NCBI GenBank assembly: GCA_050176815.1
Contig: JBFXHR010000004.1
Location: 19,927 to 83,926, forward strand
Direction of reading: 5' to 3'
Source: Kiritimatiellia bacterium
GTDB lineage: Bacteria > Verrucomicrobiota > Kiritimatiellia > CAIQIC01 > Lenti-01
DNA: 64,000 nucleotides
In this document: one piece after another, positions 19,313-27,808 of the stretch
Layout: each line of letters starts with the position of its first letter
Position numbering within the stretch: position 1 is the first letter of the stretch
Notes under the pieces: generated by a model
What the model saw: the letters and a program-made list of their open reading frames with translations, nothing else
Told to the model about the DNA's origin: nothing
Database searches by the model: none
Position numbers and translations under genes: made by a program

Positions 19313-19835
19313 ATGGTTCCCCCCCGGGATTCCGGTCTCGCTCGCGCTCGGTGGGCTGCTGGTATCCTGCATTTCTCCGGAACGGGGCGCTCACCTGCTG
19401 GAGGTTCCCTTTCTGGAACAGCCGCCCGACCGGTGCGGCCCCTTTGCCGTCGCCATGGTGGCCCGCTATTACGGGCTCTCGCCGGATCTGGACGCCTTGG
19501 ACCGCGACATCCACATTCCCGCCTTGGCCGGCAGCATCCCGGCCCTGCTGGCCGAGGGGGCTCGGCGGCAGGGCCTCGCCGCCGAAGTTCGCCGTTGTTC
19601 CGAGCCGGAAATCCATGCGCTGATCGCCGAAGGGTTTCCCCTGATCGTCCTGCTGGCGCCCGTCGGCCAGGAACTCCGCGGGCATTTTGTCGTCGCCACG
19701 GGCTCCAACCCCCAAACCGGGGCCTTGCGGATCCACAGCGGAGCCCGGCAGGACCGATGGATTTCCCCTCGGCATTGGCGGAAACGCTGGGAAAACGCCG
19801 GTGGCCAGGTCGTGCTGATTCGCCGTCCGGCTTGA
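19313..19835 (+). CDS. peptidase C39-like (papain-fold) lipoprotein; reading frame interrupted at a C7 tract (possible phase-variable site or pseudogene)
   Basis: ORF-track frame 18585..19835 encodes PVSLALGGLLVSC (lipobox) followed by LEVPFLEQPPDRCGPFAVAMVARYYG (C39-type Q...C motif). No in-frame ATG exists upstream of that. ATG 19313 joins this frame only if the C7 run at 19319-19325 loses one C. Confidence 0.45.
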
Positions 19836-19881
19836 CTTGCCTGCGAGGCTTTGACAGCGTTTCCGGAAAGGGACGGCGAAC

Positions 19882-20211
19882 ATGAAGCGTATGGGTATAT
19901 TCGGCCTGGCGATCGTTCTTTCTGCGGCATGCGCATTGGCCCAGCAGGGGGTGGGAACCCCCATTCTGGTGGATGCCGGCGCCACCCGCCTTTCGGACGA
20001 GAAGCAAGACGGGCGGATCGATCAACGGCCTCTTGCGCAAGAGGACCAATCCCTTCGGACCGGCCGCGAACTGAAGCAGGGCGAAGCCGTGGCCGCCATC
20101 CGCCCCCCTCCGCAGCAGCAAGCGGACCCGTCCAGCCCTCGCGTCCGGGCCCGGGCCTTGCTCGAAGAAGACCGTTCCCGCGTCAAGCGCGAAGCGGCCT
20201 TGATGGAATAG
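19882..20211 (+). CDS. small secreted hypothetical protein
   Basis: 109 aa; signal peptide MKRMGIFGLAIVLSAACALA; Gln/Arg-rich. Confidence 0.4.
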   Translation: MKRMGIFGLAIVLSAACALAQQGVGTPILVDAGATRLSDEKQDGRIDQRPLAQEDQSLRTGRELKQGEAVAAIRPPPQQQADPSSPRVRARALLEEDRSRVKREAALME

Positions 20212-20438
20212 TCTTTCTCGCGTGTCGACTTGGTTGTAAGGAATCTGTCGTGGCTAGGTTTCCTTGAACATATCCCGAACCATCCAACAGATGAAACAAA
20301 TCACCGCCCAGCAAAAGCATCCGTCGCCTCCGGCATGGAAATGCGCGGCGGCTCACCCGTTATGAATGTCTTTCCCCATCCCCTTGAATCTTAGGACGGG
20401 TTCCTTCCCCCGTATCCTTTTCCACCCTCCTCTGAAAC

Positions 20439-21740
20439 ATGGGCCTTTCCCTGCGACGAAATTTTGCCTGCAATTTGGTGGGCAACGTCGTCTATGCGGC
20501 CTGCCAATGGGGAATGTTTGTTGCGCTAGCCCGCACCACCTCGGCGGAATCGGTGGGCCAATTTGCCCTTGGCTTGGCCGTTGCGGCACCTATTTTTCTG
20601 TTCAGCCAGTTCCAATTAAGGGGGATACAGGCAACGGACGCGCGGAAAGAGTTTACGTTCCAAGACTACTTCGGACTTCGTTTGACCACCTCGACGCTGG
20701 CCTTGGCCGCGGCCGCCGTGGCGGGGGCGCTGGGATATGAAGGGACCACGGCGTGGATTGTCTTGGCCGTGGCTATTGCCAAGGCCATAGAAAGCTTGGG
20801 CGACGTATTCTATGGCTTAATGCAACGGCACGAGCGGATGGACATCATCGCCGTATCCCGGACGTTAAAGGGTCTGCTGTCGTTGGGCGCCATGTGGGCT
20901 GTTTTATGGGCAACGGGCGACGTGCTTTTCGGGGTCTTGGCGATGGCCGCCGCCTGGGGCGTTGCGTGGCTGGCATTCGATGGGCCTAAGGCCATGTCGC
21001 TGCTTGCCGGAGAGTCGGGCGGCGGCGGATGGCTTCCCCGTCCCTCGTTCTGCTTTCGAAAGATGGCCAAACTTTTCAAGCTGGCGCTTCCTCTGGGATT
21101 GGCATCCGTCTTGATTTCGCTGCAAACAAACGTACCACGCTATTTTGTGGAGCATTACGGCGGAACCAGTGAACTGGGGATCTACGCGGCATTGGCCTAT
21201 TTGGTGCTCGCGGGCGGGATGGTAGTGATGGCCATGGGGCAATCGGCAACCCCGCGCCTGGCGCAACTGCATGCACAAGGGAACCGGCGCGCCTATTTCA
21301 GGCTATTGCGGCAGCTTCTCGGCTTGGGTGCCGGACTGGCGGTAGCCGGGATGTTCGTAGCCGTATTTTTCGGCGAATACTTGTTGGGCTTGCTCTATGG
21401 CGAAGAATACGCGCGGAAACCGGACGTGCTGGTGTGGCTGATGGCGGGAGGCGGATTTGCCTATTTGGTGTCTTTCAGTTCATGCGGAATTCTTGCGGCC
21501 CGCCGGTTTTTCGTCCAGCTGCCCATCATGGCGGCTTCGGTTGGGGCGACGGCCTTGTCGGCGGCGCTGCTGGTTCCGAGCCGCGGCATGATGGGCGGGG
21601 CCATGGCCTTTCTGGTTGGCAACGTCACGGCCCTTTTGCTGCATGCAGGGGTGCTCGTTTGGATCTATTTCGGTACCAGCCGGATGTCGGCCGAACCGGA
21701 ATGCCGCGCCGCAAATCTTGGGCGCGAGGAGAACGAATGA
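20439..21740 (+). CDS. wzx: oligosaccharide flippase (Wzx, MOP superfamily)
   Basis: 433 aa with about 12 TM helices; polysaccharide-biosynthesis-protein-type sequence. Confidence 0.75.
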   Translation: MGLSLRRNFACNLVGNVVYAACQWGMFVALARTTSAESVGQFALGLAVAAPIFLFSQFQLRGIQATDARKEFTFQDYFGLRLTTSTLALAAAAVAGALGYEGTTAWIVLAVAIAKAIESLGDVFYGLMQRHERMDIIAVSRTLKGLLSLGAMWAVLWATGDVLFGVLAMAAAWGVAWLAFDGPKAMSLLAGESGGGGWLPRPSFCFRKMAKLFKLALPLGLASVLISLQTNVPRYFVEHYGGTSELGIYAALAYLVLAGGMVVMAMGQSATPRLAQLHAQGNRRAYFRLLRQLLGLGAGLAVAGMFVAVFFGEYLLGLLYGEEYARKPDVLVWLMAGGGFAYLVSFSSCGILAARRFFVQLPIMAASVGATALSAALLVPSRGMMGGAMAFLVGNVTALLLHAGVLVWIYFGTSRMSAEPECRAANLGREENE

Positions 21741-23074
21741 CGGCGGAACGTTCATCCGAAATTGCGCCGGACGCCGGACGGCTTCCCAGCCCTTTGAACG
21801 TTCGGGGGCTGTGGGTGTCTGCCTTTGGCGCGTTGGGTCTGTTGGCCGGTTGGCATGCCGGATCCGTCGCGGTTTCCTTGGCCTTGTTTTCCGTCTTTTC
21901 GGTGGCCACGATTGCGGCCGCCAATCGCCTCAAAAACTTTCTGCATCCGTTGGTCGCCTTCCCGCTGTTTTACTACCCCTACTCGACGTGGCATGCCTAC
22001 TATTCGCTGATCAACGGGACTGGGGAATTGAATTACCTTTCCGACTCCATTCTCTACGCGTATTTCGGATTGCTTGTGTTCCAGGTGGTGGGAACCTTGT
22101 CGCTCGCGTGGGCCCGGGAGATCCGCGTCCGCCCGGCGATTACCCATCGCCGGGAATCTCTCGTCGAAAAAATGCTGATGTGGGTTGGACTTGTGGTGGT
22201 GGCGGTGTCGCTGCGCTCCATCGCCGGAGGGGGGTTTGCGAGCAAGCGGGATATCCTCGACGCCCAGCCAACCTTGCTGCCCGTCATGTCGTTCACGCTG
22301 TGGGTGTTGACGGTGGCGGTGTTGCTGACCGTTGTGCGCTGGCGGTTTGGCGGCGTGCGGCTTGATCGCATGGCCCTGGCGATTGGCGGATTGACGGTGC
22401 TGGTGTACCTGATGGTGGGAGAGCGGGATTTCCTGTTCCGGATGAGCGCATGCTTGCTTTTCCTGTTTGCCGACGAAAAGCGGAAGATGCACGTGCCCGC
22501 CTTGCTGGGCGTTCTTGCGGCGGTGGCCGTGGCGATCCCCTGGGGGCAGCAATTCAAAGCCCTTTTTCTGGCGTCGAGCGGGGGGGGCTCCCCCGGCGGG
22601 TTGGATTTGCTGTTGGGGGAGTTCTATGCCGCGTCCCGAAATCTCTACGTCATGGTATCCCGCGGCTATGAACCTTCCTGGAGTTTCCTCTGGAACGACC
22701 TGCTGCGAGGCGTGCTGCCTTTCAGCAGCGAAATGGGGTTCATGAATTCCGTGGCGTGGTTTCACAACGTCTACCGCTATGAAGAGGGGATCGAAGGCAG
22801 TTCGGGCTGGGGCTTCCACTTGGTTGCAGAGGGGTTGTTGTTCGGCGGGGTAGCGGGTATCCTTGTCGCCATGTCCCTGGTGGCCGTTGTGCTGGTTGGA
22901 TTTTACCGATGGAGAAACCGATCGGAGTATTGGTATGTGTTCTACCTGTTGGCGTTGTCTTCGGCCATCTATTGCATCCGGGCGGATTTGGCGAATCTGC
23001 TCTCGATGACGTTCAAGATCGGCGGTTCGGCCGTTTTGCTGGTCCGATTGCTGTCGGTGTGGAAAAACCGGTAA
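21737..23074 (+). CDS. O-antigen/EPS polymerase-like polytopic membrane protein (Wzy-like)
   Basis: ATGA overlap with wzx; about 11 TM helices with large periplasmic loops. Confidence 0.55.
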   Translation: MTAERSSEIAPDAGRLPSPLNVRGLWVSAFGALGLLAGWHAGSVAVSLALFSVFSVATIAAANRLKNFLHPLVAFPLFYYPYSTWHAYYSLINGTGELNYLSDSILYAYFGLLVFQVVGTLSLAWAREIRVRPAITHRRESLVEKMLMWVGLVVVAVSLRSIAGGGFASKRDILDAQPTLLPVMSFTLWVLTVAVLLTVVRWRFGGVRLDRMALAIGGLTVLVYLMVGERDFLFRMSACLLFLFADEKRKMHVPALLGVLAAVAVAIPWGQQFKALFLASSGGGSPGGLDLLLGEFYAASRNLYVMVSRGYEPSWSFLWNDLLRGVLPFSSEMGFMNSVAWFHNVYRYEEGIEGSSGWGFHLVAEGLLFGGVAGILVAMSLVAVVLVGFYRWRNRSEYWYVFYLLALSSAIYCIRADLANLLSMTFKIGGSAVLLVRLLSVWKNR

Positions 23075-23208
23075 CCCATGCGATTGAACGTCCCCGAGAA
23101 AAATGCCCCGCCGGAGAGCCCGGCGAACGGCTGTCGGCATCGGCCGCCTTGTGCCGGCGCAACCGAACAGGCGGTCGCGGCTGCCCGCAAAACGGGCGAT
23201 GTGGATCC

Positions 23209-24411
23209 ATGAAGGTCTACGTGCCAACCGAAACGCGTTTCCGTTTGGCGGAGAACGGAAAAGATGCCGTTCCCGCGCAGCCCATCCACGTGGCCGCATT
23301 CTGGGCGCGGTACTTGGATGTTTTTGATCGGGTGGTTTTCACGGGGCGCTTGGCAAAGGAAGCGCCGAAGCCCGGAATGCCGTTGGCCACGAACGACCGA
23401 ATCGAATTCATGCCCATCGAGTTGGGTTCGGGAGCCGGGGCGGCGATCCGCTCCATTCGCACGGCATGGCGTACCCTGATGAGAGACGGCGATTCGGCGG
23501 TCTGCCTGCGAATGCCCACTCTGGCGTCCGCTCTGGTCGGGATGGCCTTGCTGGCGTCCGGCAAGCCATTCGGCGTGGAAGTGGTCGGCGATCCCGCGGA
23601 ATCGCTTCGCCGCTCCGTGGCGCGGAAGGTGCCGTTTAGAGCCATTCTCCGGGCATTTCTGGTTTTTGCGCAGAAGCAATTGTGCCGAAAAGCCTGTGCG
23701 GCGGCCTACGTGACGCAACGGCAATTGCAGCGCCGCTATCCTCCGGGCGGCGGCGCCATGCAAACCTACTTTTCATCCATTGAAATGACGGAAGACTTCT
23801 TCCGGCCTCGCGCCGATCCGCGCAAGCGGGTGGCGAGGTTGCTTCACGTCGGATCCATGGGCAAGGGATTCTACAAAGGCCAAGACGTGCTCTTGCGGGC
23901 CTTCAGCCGGTTCGCGGGCCGGAATCCGGGCCTGCATTTGGCGTTGGCGGGCGGAGGGGAATCGTTGCCCATGGTCAAGGAAATGATCAAGGAACTGGGG
24001 CTCGGCGCACGCGCCAGCGCCGTTGGGCACGTCGCTTCGGTTGACGATCTCAGAAGCATGCTGGACGAGGCGGATTTGTTCGTCTTTCCGTCGCTGACCG
24101 AGGGATTGCCCAAGGCGCTGGTCGAAGCCATGGCACGCGGATTGCCGGCCGTGGCCAGCCGCGTTGGCGGTATCGGAGAATTGTTGCCCGACTACGCTCT
24201 GGTGCCGCCGGGAGATCCGGAAGCTTTGGCAGACAAGATCCAGGCCTTCTTGGATTCGCCGGAACTGCGCGAAAGGGCATCCAACGAGAACTACGCCAAA
24301 GCGCGCGAATACCACATCGAGCACATCCGCCCCCGTCGGGCCGACTATTATCGGCGCGTGAGGGATGCCACTCAGCAGTGGATGGAAAGGAACGGAGCAT
24401 GCCCCCAATAG
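23209..24411 (+). CDS. glycosyltransferase family 4
   Basis: GT4 C-terminal motif FVFPSLTEGLPKALVEAMARGLPAV. Confidence 0.8.
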   Translation: MKVYVPTETRFRLAENGKDAVPAQPIHVAAFWARYLDVFDRVVFTGRLAKEAPKPGMPLATNDRIEFMPIELGSGAGAAIRSIRTAWRTLMRDGDSAVCLRMPTLASALVGMALLASGKPFGVEVVGDPAESLRRSVARKVPFRAILRAFLVFAQKQLCRKACAAAYVTQRQLQRRYPPGGGAMQTYFSSIEMTEDFFRPRADPRKRVARLLHVGSMGKGFYKGQDVLLRAFSRFAGRNPGLHLALAGGGESLPMVKEMIKELGLGARASAVGHVASVDDLRSMLDEADLFVFPSLTEGLPKALVEAMARGLPAVASRVGGIGELLPDYALVPPGDPEALADKIQAFLDSPELRERASNENYAKAREYHIEHIRPRRADYYRRVRDATQQWMERNGACPQ

Positions 24412-25286
24412 AGGACAGGGCTTGTCCGATCTGCGGCGGAGAAGAAGCCGTCTTGGCTTTTGAGATTGCGCGGGGCGCAGATGGAATCTCCCAGAATCTG
24501 TGGCGCTGCGTCCAGTGCGGATATCACCGGGCTCGGCCGTTGCCTTCCCCCGGGGACTTGGCGTCGTGCTATGGCTCCGAATACGGGTGCTACGTCGACC
24601 AGGGGCGGCCGGGACAAAGGTCCCTGCTTCGGCGCGTACGGCGCATCGAACGAATCGCGGGGAAAAAAGGCCGGCTGCTGGACGTGGGAGGCGGCACGGG
24701 CGGATTTGCATGGGCGGCGCTGCAGGACGGGTGGGACGCCTATTCCCTGGAGACTTCTCCTTATGCGCATGCCCAGGCCGTGGAGCGACTGGGGTCCCGG
24801 GCCATCGGCGTCGGATTGGAGCAGTTGCCCGCAAGCCTGGACGGGTTCGACGCCATCACGCTTTGGGCCGTGATCGAACACATGCCGGATCCCATGCCCC
24901 TGCTGGCGCATGCGGTGGAACGGCTTTCAAAGGGCGGCTTGTTGTATCTTCAGTCTCCCCATGTCGGGAGCCTGGCGGCCCGCGTCTACAAAGGGGACTG
25001 GCGCTTGTTGAAGCATTCGCCCGACCACGTCGGGTTTTTCACCGCGAAAACCATGCGCCATGCAGCGGTTGGCTTGGGGTTGAAAGTGGTATCGCGCGGG
25101 GTCGGCGGAGTGCCCTTCCCGTTGGGAAAGGGAGGGGCGGTTTCGCCCAACGCGCGTGAATCCAAGCCGGAGCGGGGAGGAGTCCGCCGCATGCTGAAAT
25201 ACGATTTGGCGGGGCCACTGGCCCGCATGGTCTCGGGCTGTTTGCGCTTGGGCGACAACGTCGAGTATGCCCTTCGGAAAGGATGA
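24399..25286 (+). CDS. class I SAM-dependent methyltransferase with N-terminal Zn-ribbon
   Basis: CPICGG...CVQCG zinc ribbon; LLDVGGGTGGFA SAM-binding motif. A GTG at 24378 is an alternative start. Confidence 0.7.
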   Translation: MPPIEDRACPICGGEEAVLAFEIARGADGISQNLWRCVQCGYHRARPLPSPGDLASCYGSEYGCYVDQGRPGQRSLLRRVRRIERIAGKKGRLLDVGGGTGGFAWAALQDGWDAYSLETSPYAHAQAVERLGSRAIGVGLEQLPASLDGFDAITLWAVIEHMPDPMPLLAHAVERLSKGGLLYLQSPHVGSLAARVYKGDWRLLKHSPDHVGFFTAKTMRHAAVGLGLKVVSRGVGGVPFPLGKGGAVSPNARESKPERGGVRRMLKYDLAGPLARMVSGCLRLGDNVEYALRKG

Positions 25287-25290
25287 GCGA

Positions 25291-26436
25291 ATGGCGCCCC
25301 GGGTTGGCATCAACGAGGTGGTTTTGTGCGATCGATCATCGGGAACGCGACAAAGGGAAATCAATCTTTTGCCGGCGTTGCTTCGGGAACTCCGAGAGGC
25401 GGATTGGCAACGCTTCGTATACTTCGCAAGGGATCTGGGGGAAACCACGGCGGCTCGTTTGCTGGGGGGAGAGAGGCCCGAGGTGGTTCGGACTCCCATT
25501 CCGGCCGCGCCGACGGCCATGAGGATTGCAAGAGGCCTCGCCTATTGGAGGAATCGCTGTCGAAAGGATCGGCTGGACGTTTTCCACGTGGCATCCTATC
25601 CCGCGCCTCGGATCGATGCGGCGCTTGTCCTGACCGTGAACGATTTGCGGTTCGTCCACATGCCGGAGACGTATTCCCGGGGGCGCCTCGCGTTTCTGCG
25701 CGCGGTGGTCGGCCGCTCCATCAAGCGAGCGGAACGGGTGATTGCCATTTCCAACGACACGAAAAGCGACGTCGCCAATATTTATGGCGTCGATCCGGAC
25801 CGAATCGACGTCGTCCATATTCCCGCCGATCCGGCGTTTTGCCGGACAACCGACGGGCAGATTCTGGAGTCCGTCCGGCGGCGCCTCCGCTTGCCCCGGA
25901 AGTATATTCTGTTCGTTGGCCATCTCGAGCCCCGGAAGAATCTTGTTCGCTTGGTGCAGGCCTTCGCCCATCTGCATGCGAACGGTGCGATCGACCAGGA
26001 TTTGGTCATTCTAGGGCAACCCTCCCTCCGGTTTCGATCGGTTTTGGAAACTGCCCGGGCGGTTGCCTGTGCAGACCGCATCGTATTTACCGGCTACGTT
26101 GGAGACAGCGACATGCCCGCCGTGTATTCCATGGCTGACCTGCTGGCGTTCCCGTCGTTGCACGAAGGGTTTGGCGTCCCCCTGCTGGAAGCCATGGCTT
26201 GCGGCATCCCGATTGTGGCGTCCGCCGCCGCCGCCCTGCCGGAGGTGTCGGGCGGCGCGGCGCGCCTGGTCGATCCCTGCAGCGTGGAATCCATTGCCGA
26301 TGGGTTGCGGGAAGTGGCGGTGAACGAAAACGTGCGGCGGCAATTGGTGGAAAGGGGTGCGCGGCGATTGCGCGATTTTTCTCCGGAATCCGCCGCGCGC
26401 AAAATCCGGAAAGCATATGAAAGGGCGGCCTCGTGA
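25291..26436 (+). CDS. glycosyltransferase family 4
   Basis: AAAGGA precedes the ATG; motif LAFPSLHEGFGVPLLEAMACGIPIV. Confidence 0.8.
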   Translation: MAPRVGINEVVLCDRSSGTRQREINLLPALLRELREADWQRFVYFARDLGETTAARLLGGERPEVVRTPIPAAPTAMRIARGLAYWRNRCRKDRLDVFHVASYPAPRIDAALVLTVNDLRFVHMPETYSRGRLAFLRAVVGRSIKRAERVIAISNDTKSDVANIYGVDPDRIDVVHIPADPAFCRTTDGQILESVRRRLRLPRKYILFVGHLEPRKNLVRLVQAFAHLHANGAIDQDLVILGQPSLRFRSVLETARAVACADRIVFTGYVGDSDMPAVYSMADLLAFPSLHEGFGVPLLEAMACGIPIVASAAAALPEVSGGAARLVDPCSVESIADGLREVAVNENVRRQLVERGARRLRDFSPESAARKIRKAYERAAS

Positions 26437-26601
26437 CGCGGCGGCCGGAAACGGTGGAACGGCGATGAAGGGCCGCTTCATCCGTTCGTGCTTTTCGCAT
26501 GGGTTTCCGCTCTGCGGGCGGTGGCGGTGCGGGAGGCGGCGGTTTTACCTGCGCAGCGGCGAGGACGCCGCCGGGACGTTCGCGATGGCGGCGAGGACAC
26601 G

Positions 26602-27732
26602 ATGAAGATTGTATTGGCCAGCAATACGGCATGGTATCTGCACAAGTTCCGGCTGTCCCTCGCCTTGGCCCTGAAGGCCGCTGGATGCGAAGTGGTGGCC
26701 GTGGCGCCGCGGGACGGGCATGCCGAACGGATCGAAGCGGCGGGAATCCGCTTCGAAGCCCTTCCGCTGGACAACAAGGGACTGAATCCGTTCCGCGATT
26801 TGGCGTACTTGGTCCGGGTGCATGCGTTGTTGCGGCGGGTGAAGCCGGACGTTTTCCTTGGCTATACCGTCAAACCGAACGTGTATGGCGGGCTGGCTTG
26901 CCGATGGCTGGGGATCGCGTCCATTCACAACGTGTCGGGGCTGGGGACGGCCTTCCTGCGGGAAGGGATCGTGACGAAAATCGTCGGGTTCCTGTACCGG
27001 GCGGGGCTGGGGCGGGCGAGAAAAGTCTTTTTCCAGAACCGGGAGGACCACGACGAATTCGTGCGGCGGCGGCTGGTGCCCGAGGGGCTCGCGGAGGTGC
27101 TGCCGGGGTCCGGGGTGGATCTGGAGCGGTTTGCGCCGGGGGATCGGCCGGCGCCGGGTGTGGGCGGAGGGGTCCGGTTTCTGCTGCTGGCCCGGTTGAT
27201 CTGGGACAAAGGGGTGGGCGAGTACGTCGAAGCGGCCCGCTGGCTCCGGGCGCAGGGCGTGGCGGCGACCTGTCAGTTGGCCGGGTTTTTGGAAGTCAAG
27301 AACCGCACGGCGATTCCGCGCCCAGTCGTGGAGGGATGGGTGCGAGAGGGGGTGGTGGAGTATCTGGGCGAGGCGGACGACGTGCGGCCGTTTATCTCGG
27401 CGGCGGATTGCGTGGTGTTGCCCAGTTACCGGGAGGGAACGCCTCGGTCGTTGCTGGAGGCCGCCAGCATGGCCAAGCCGGTGATCGCCACAAATACGCC
27501 GGGGTGCCGGGATGTGGTCGCAGATGGCGTGAGCGGTTTCCTTTGCCGGGTTCGGGATGCGCGCGATCTGGCGGACAAGATGCGCCGGATCGCGGAGATG
27601 ACGGGGAAAGAGAGGGAGGCGATGGGGCGCGCGGGGCGCGAAAAAATGGAGCGGGAGTACGACGAGCGGATCGTGATCGGAAAGTATCTGGAGGAGATCG
27701 CCCGTCTGGAGGAAGGGGGCGGGAGACGGTAG
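26602..27732 (+). CDS. glycosyltransferase family 4 (WbuB-like)
   Basis: Motif VVLPSYREGTPRSLLEAASMAKPVIAT. Confidence 0.8.
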   Translation: MKIVLASNTAWYLHKFRLSLALALKAAGCEVVAVAPRDGHAERIEAAGIRFEALPLDNKGLNPFRDLAYLVRVHALLRRVKPDVFLGYTVKPNVYGGLACRWLGIASIHNVSGLGTAFLREGIVTKIVGFLYRAGLGRARKVFFQNREDHDEFVRRRLVPEGLAEVLPGSGVDLERFAPGDRPAPGVGGGVRFLLLARLIWDKGVGEYVEAARWLRAQGVAATCQLAGFLEVKNRTAIPRPVVEGWVREGVVEYLGEADDVRPFISAADCVVLPSYREGTPRSLLEAASMAKPVIATNTPGCRDVVADGVSGFLCRVRDARDLADKMRRIAEMTGKEREAMGRAGREKMEREYDERIVIGKYLEEIARLEEGGGRR

Positions 27733-27808
27733 TCGGCGGCCGATAGTCAAAGGAAACGGTTGCATCGGAGGGCGGGCAAATTGATAATGCCCAAAGCGAC
27801 GTAGGCCT

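Noticed and set aside
24378-24398. Earlier GTG start for the Zn-ribbon methyltransferase
   Set aside because: The ATG at 24399 has a GGAACGGAG SD-like sequence and a shorter overlap with the upstream GT4 gene. Either start remains possible.
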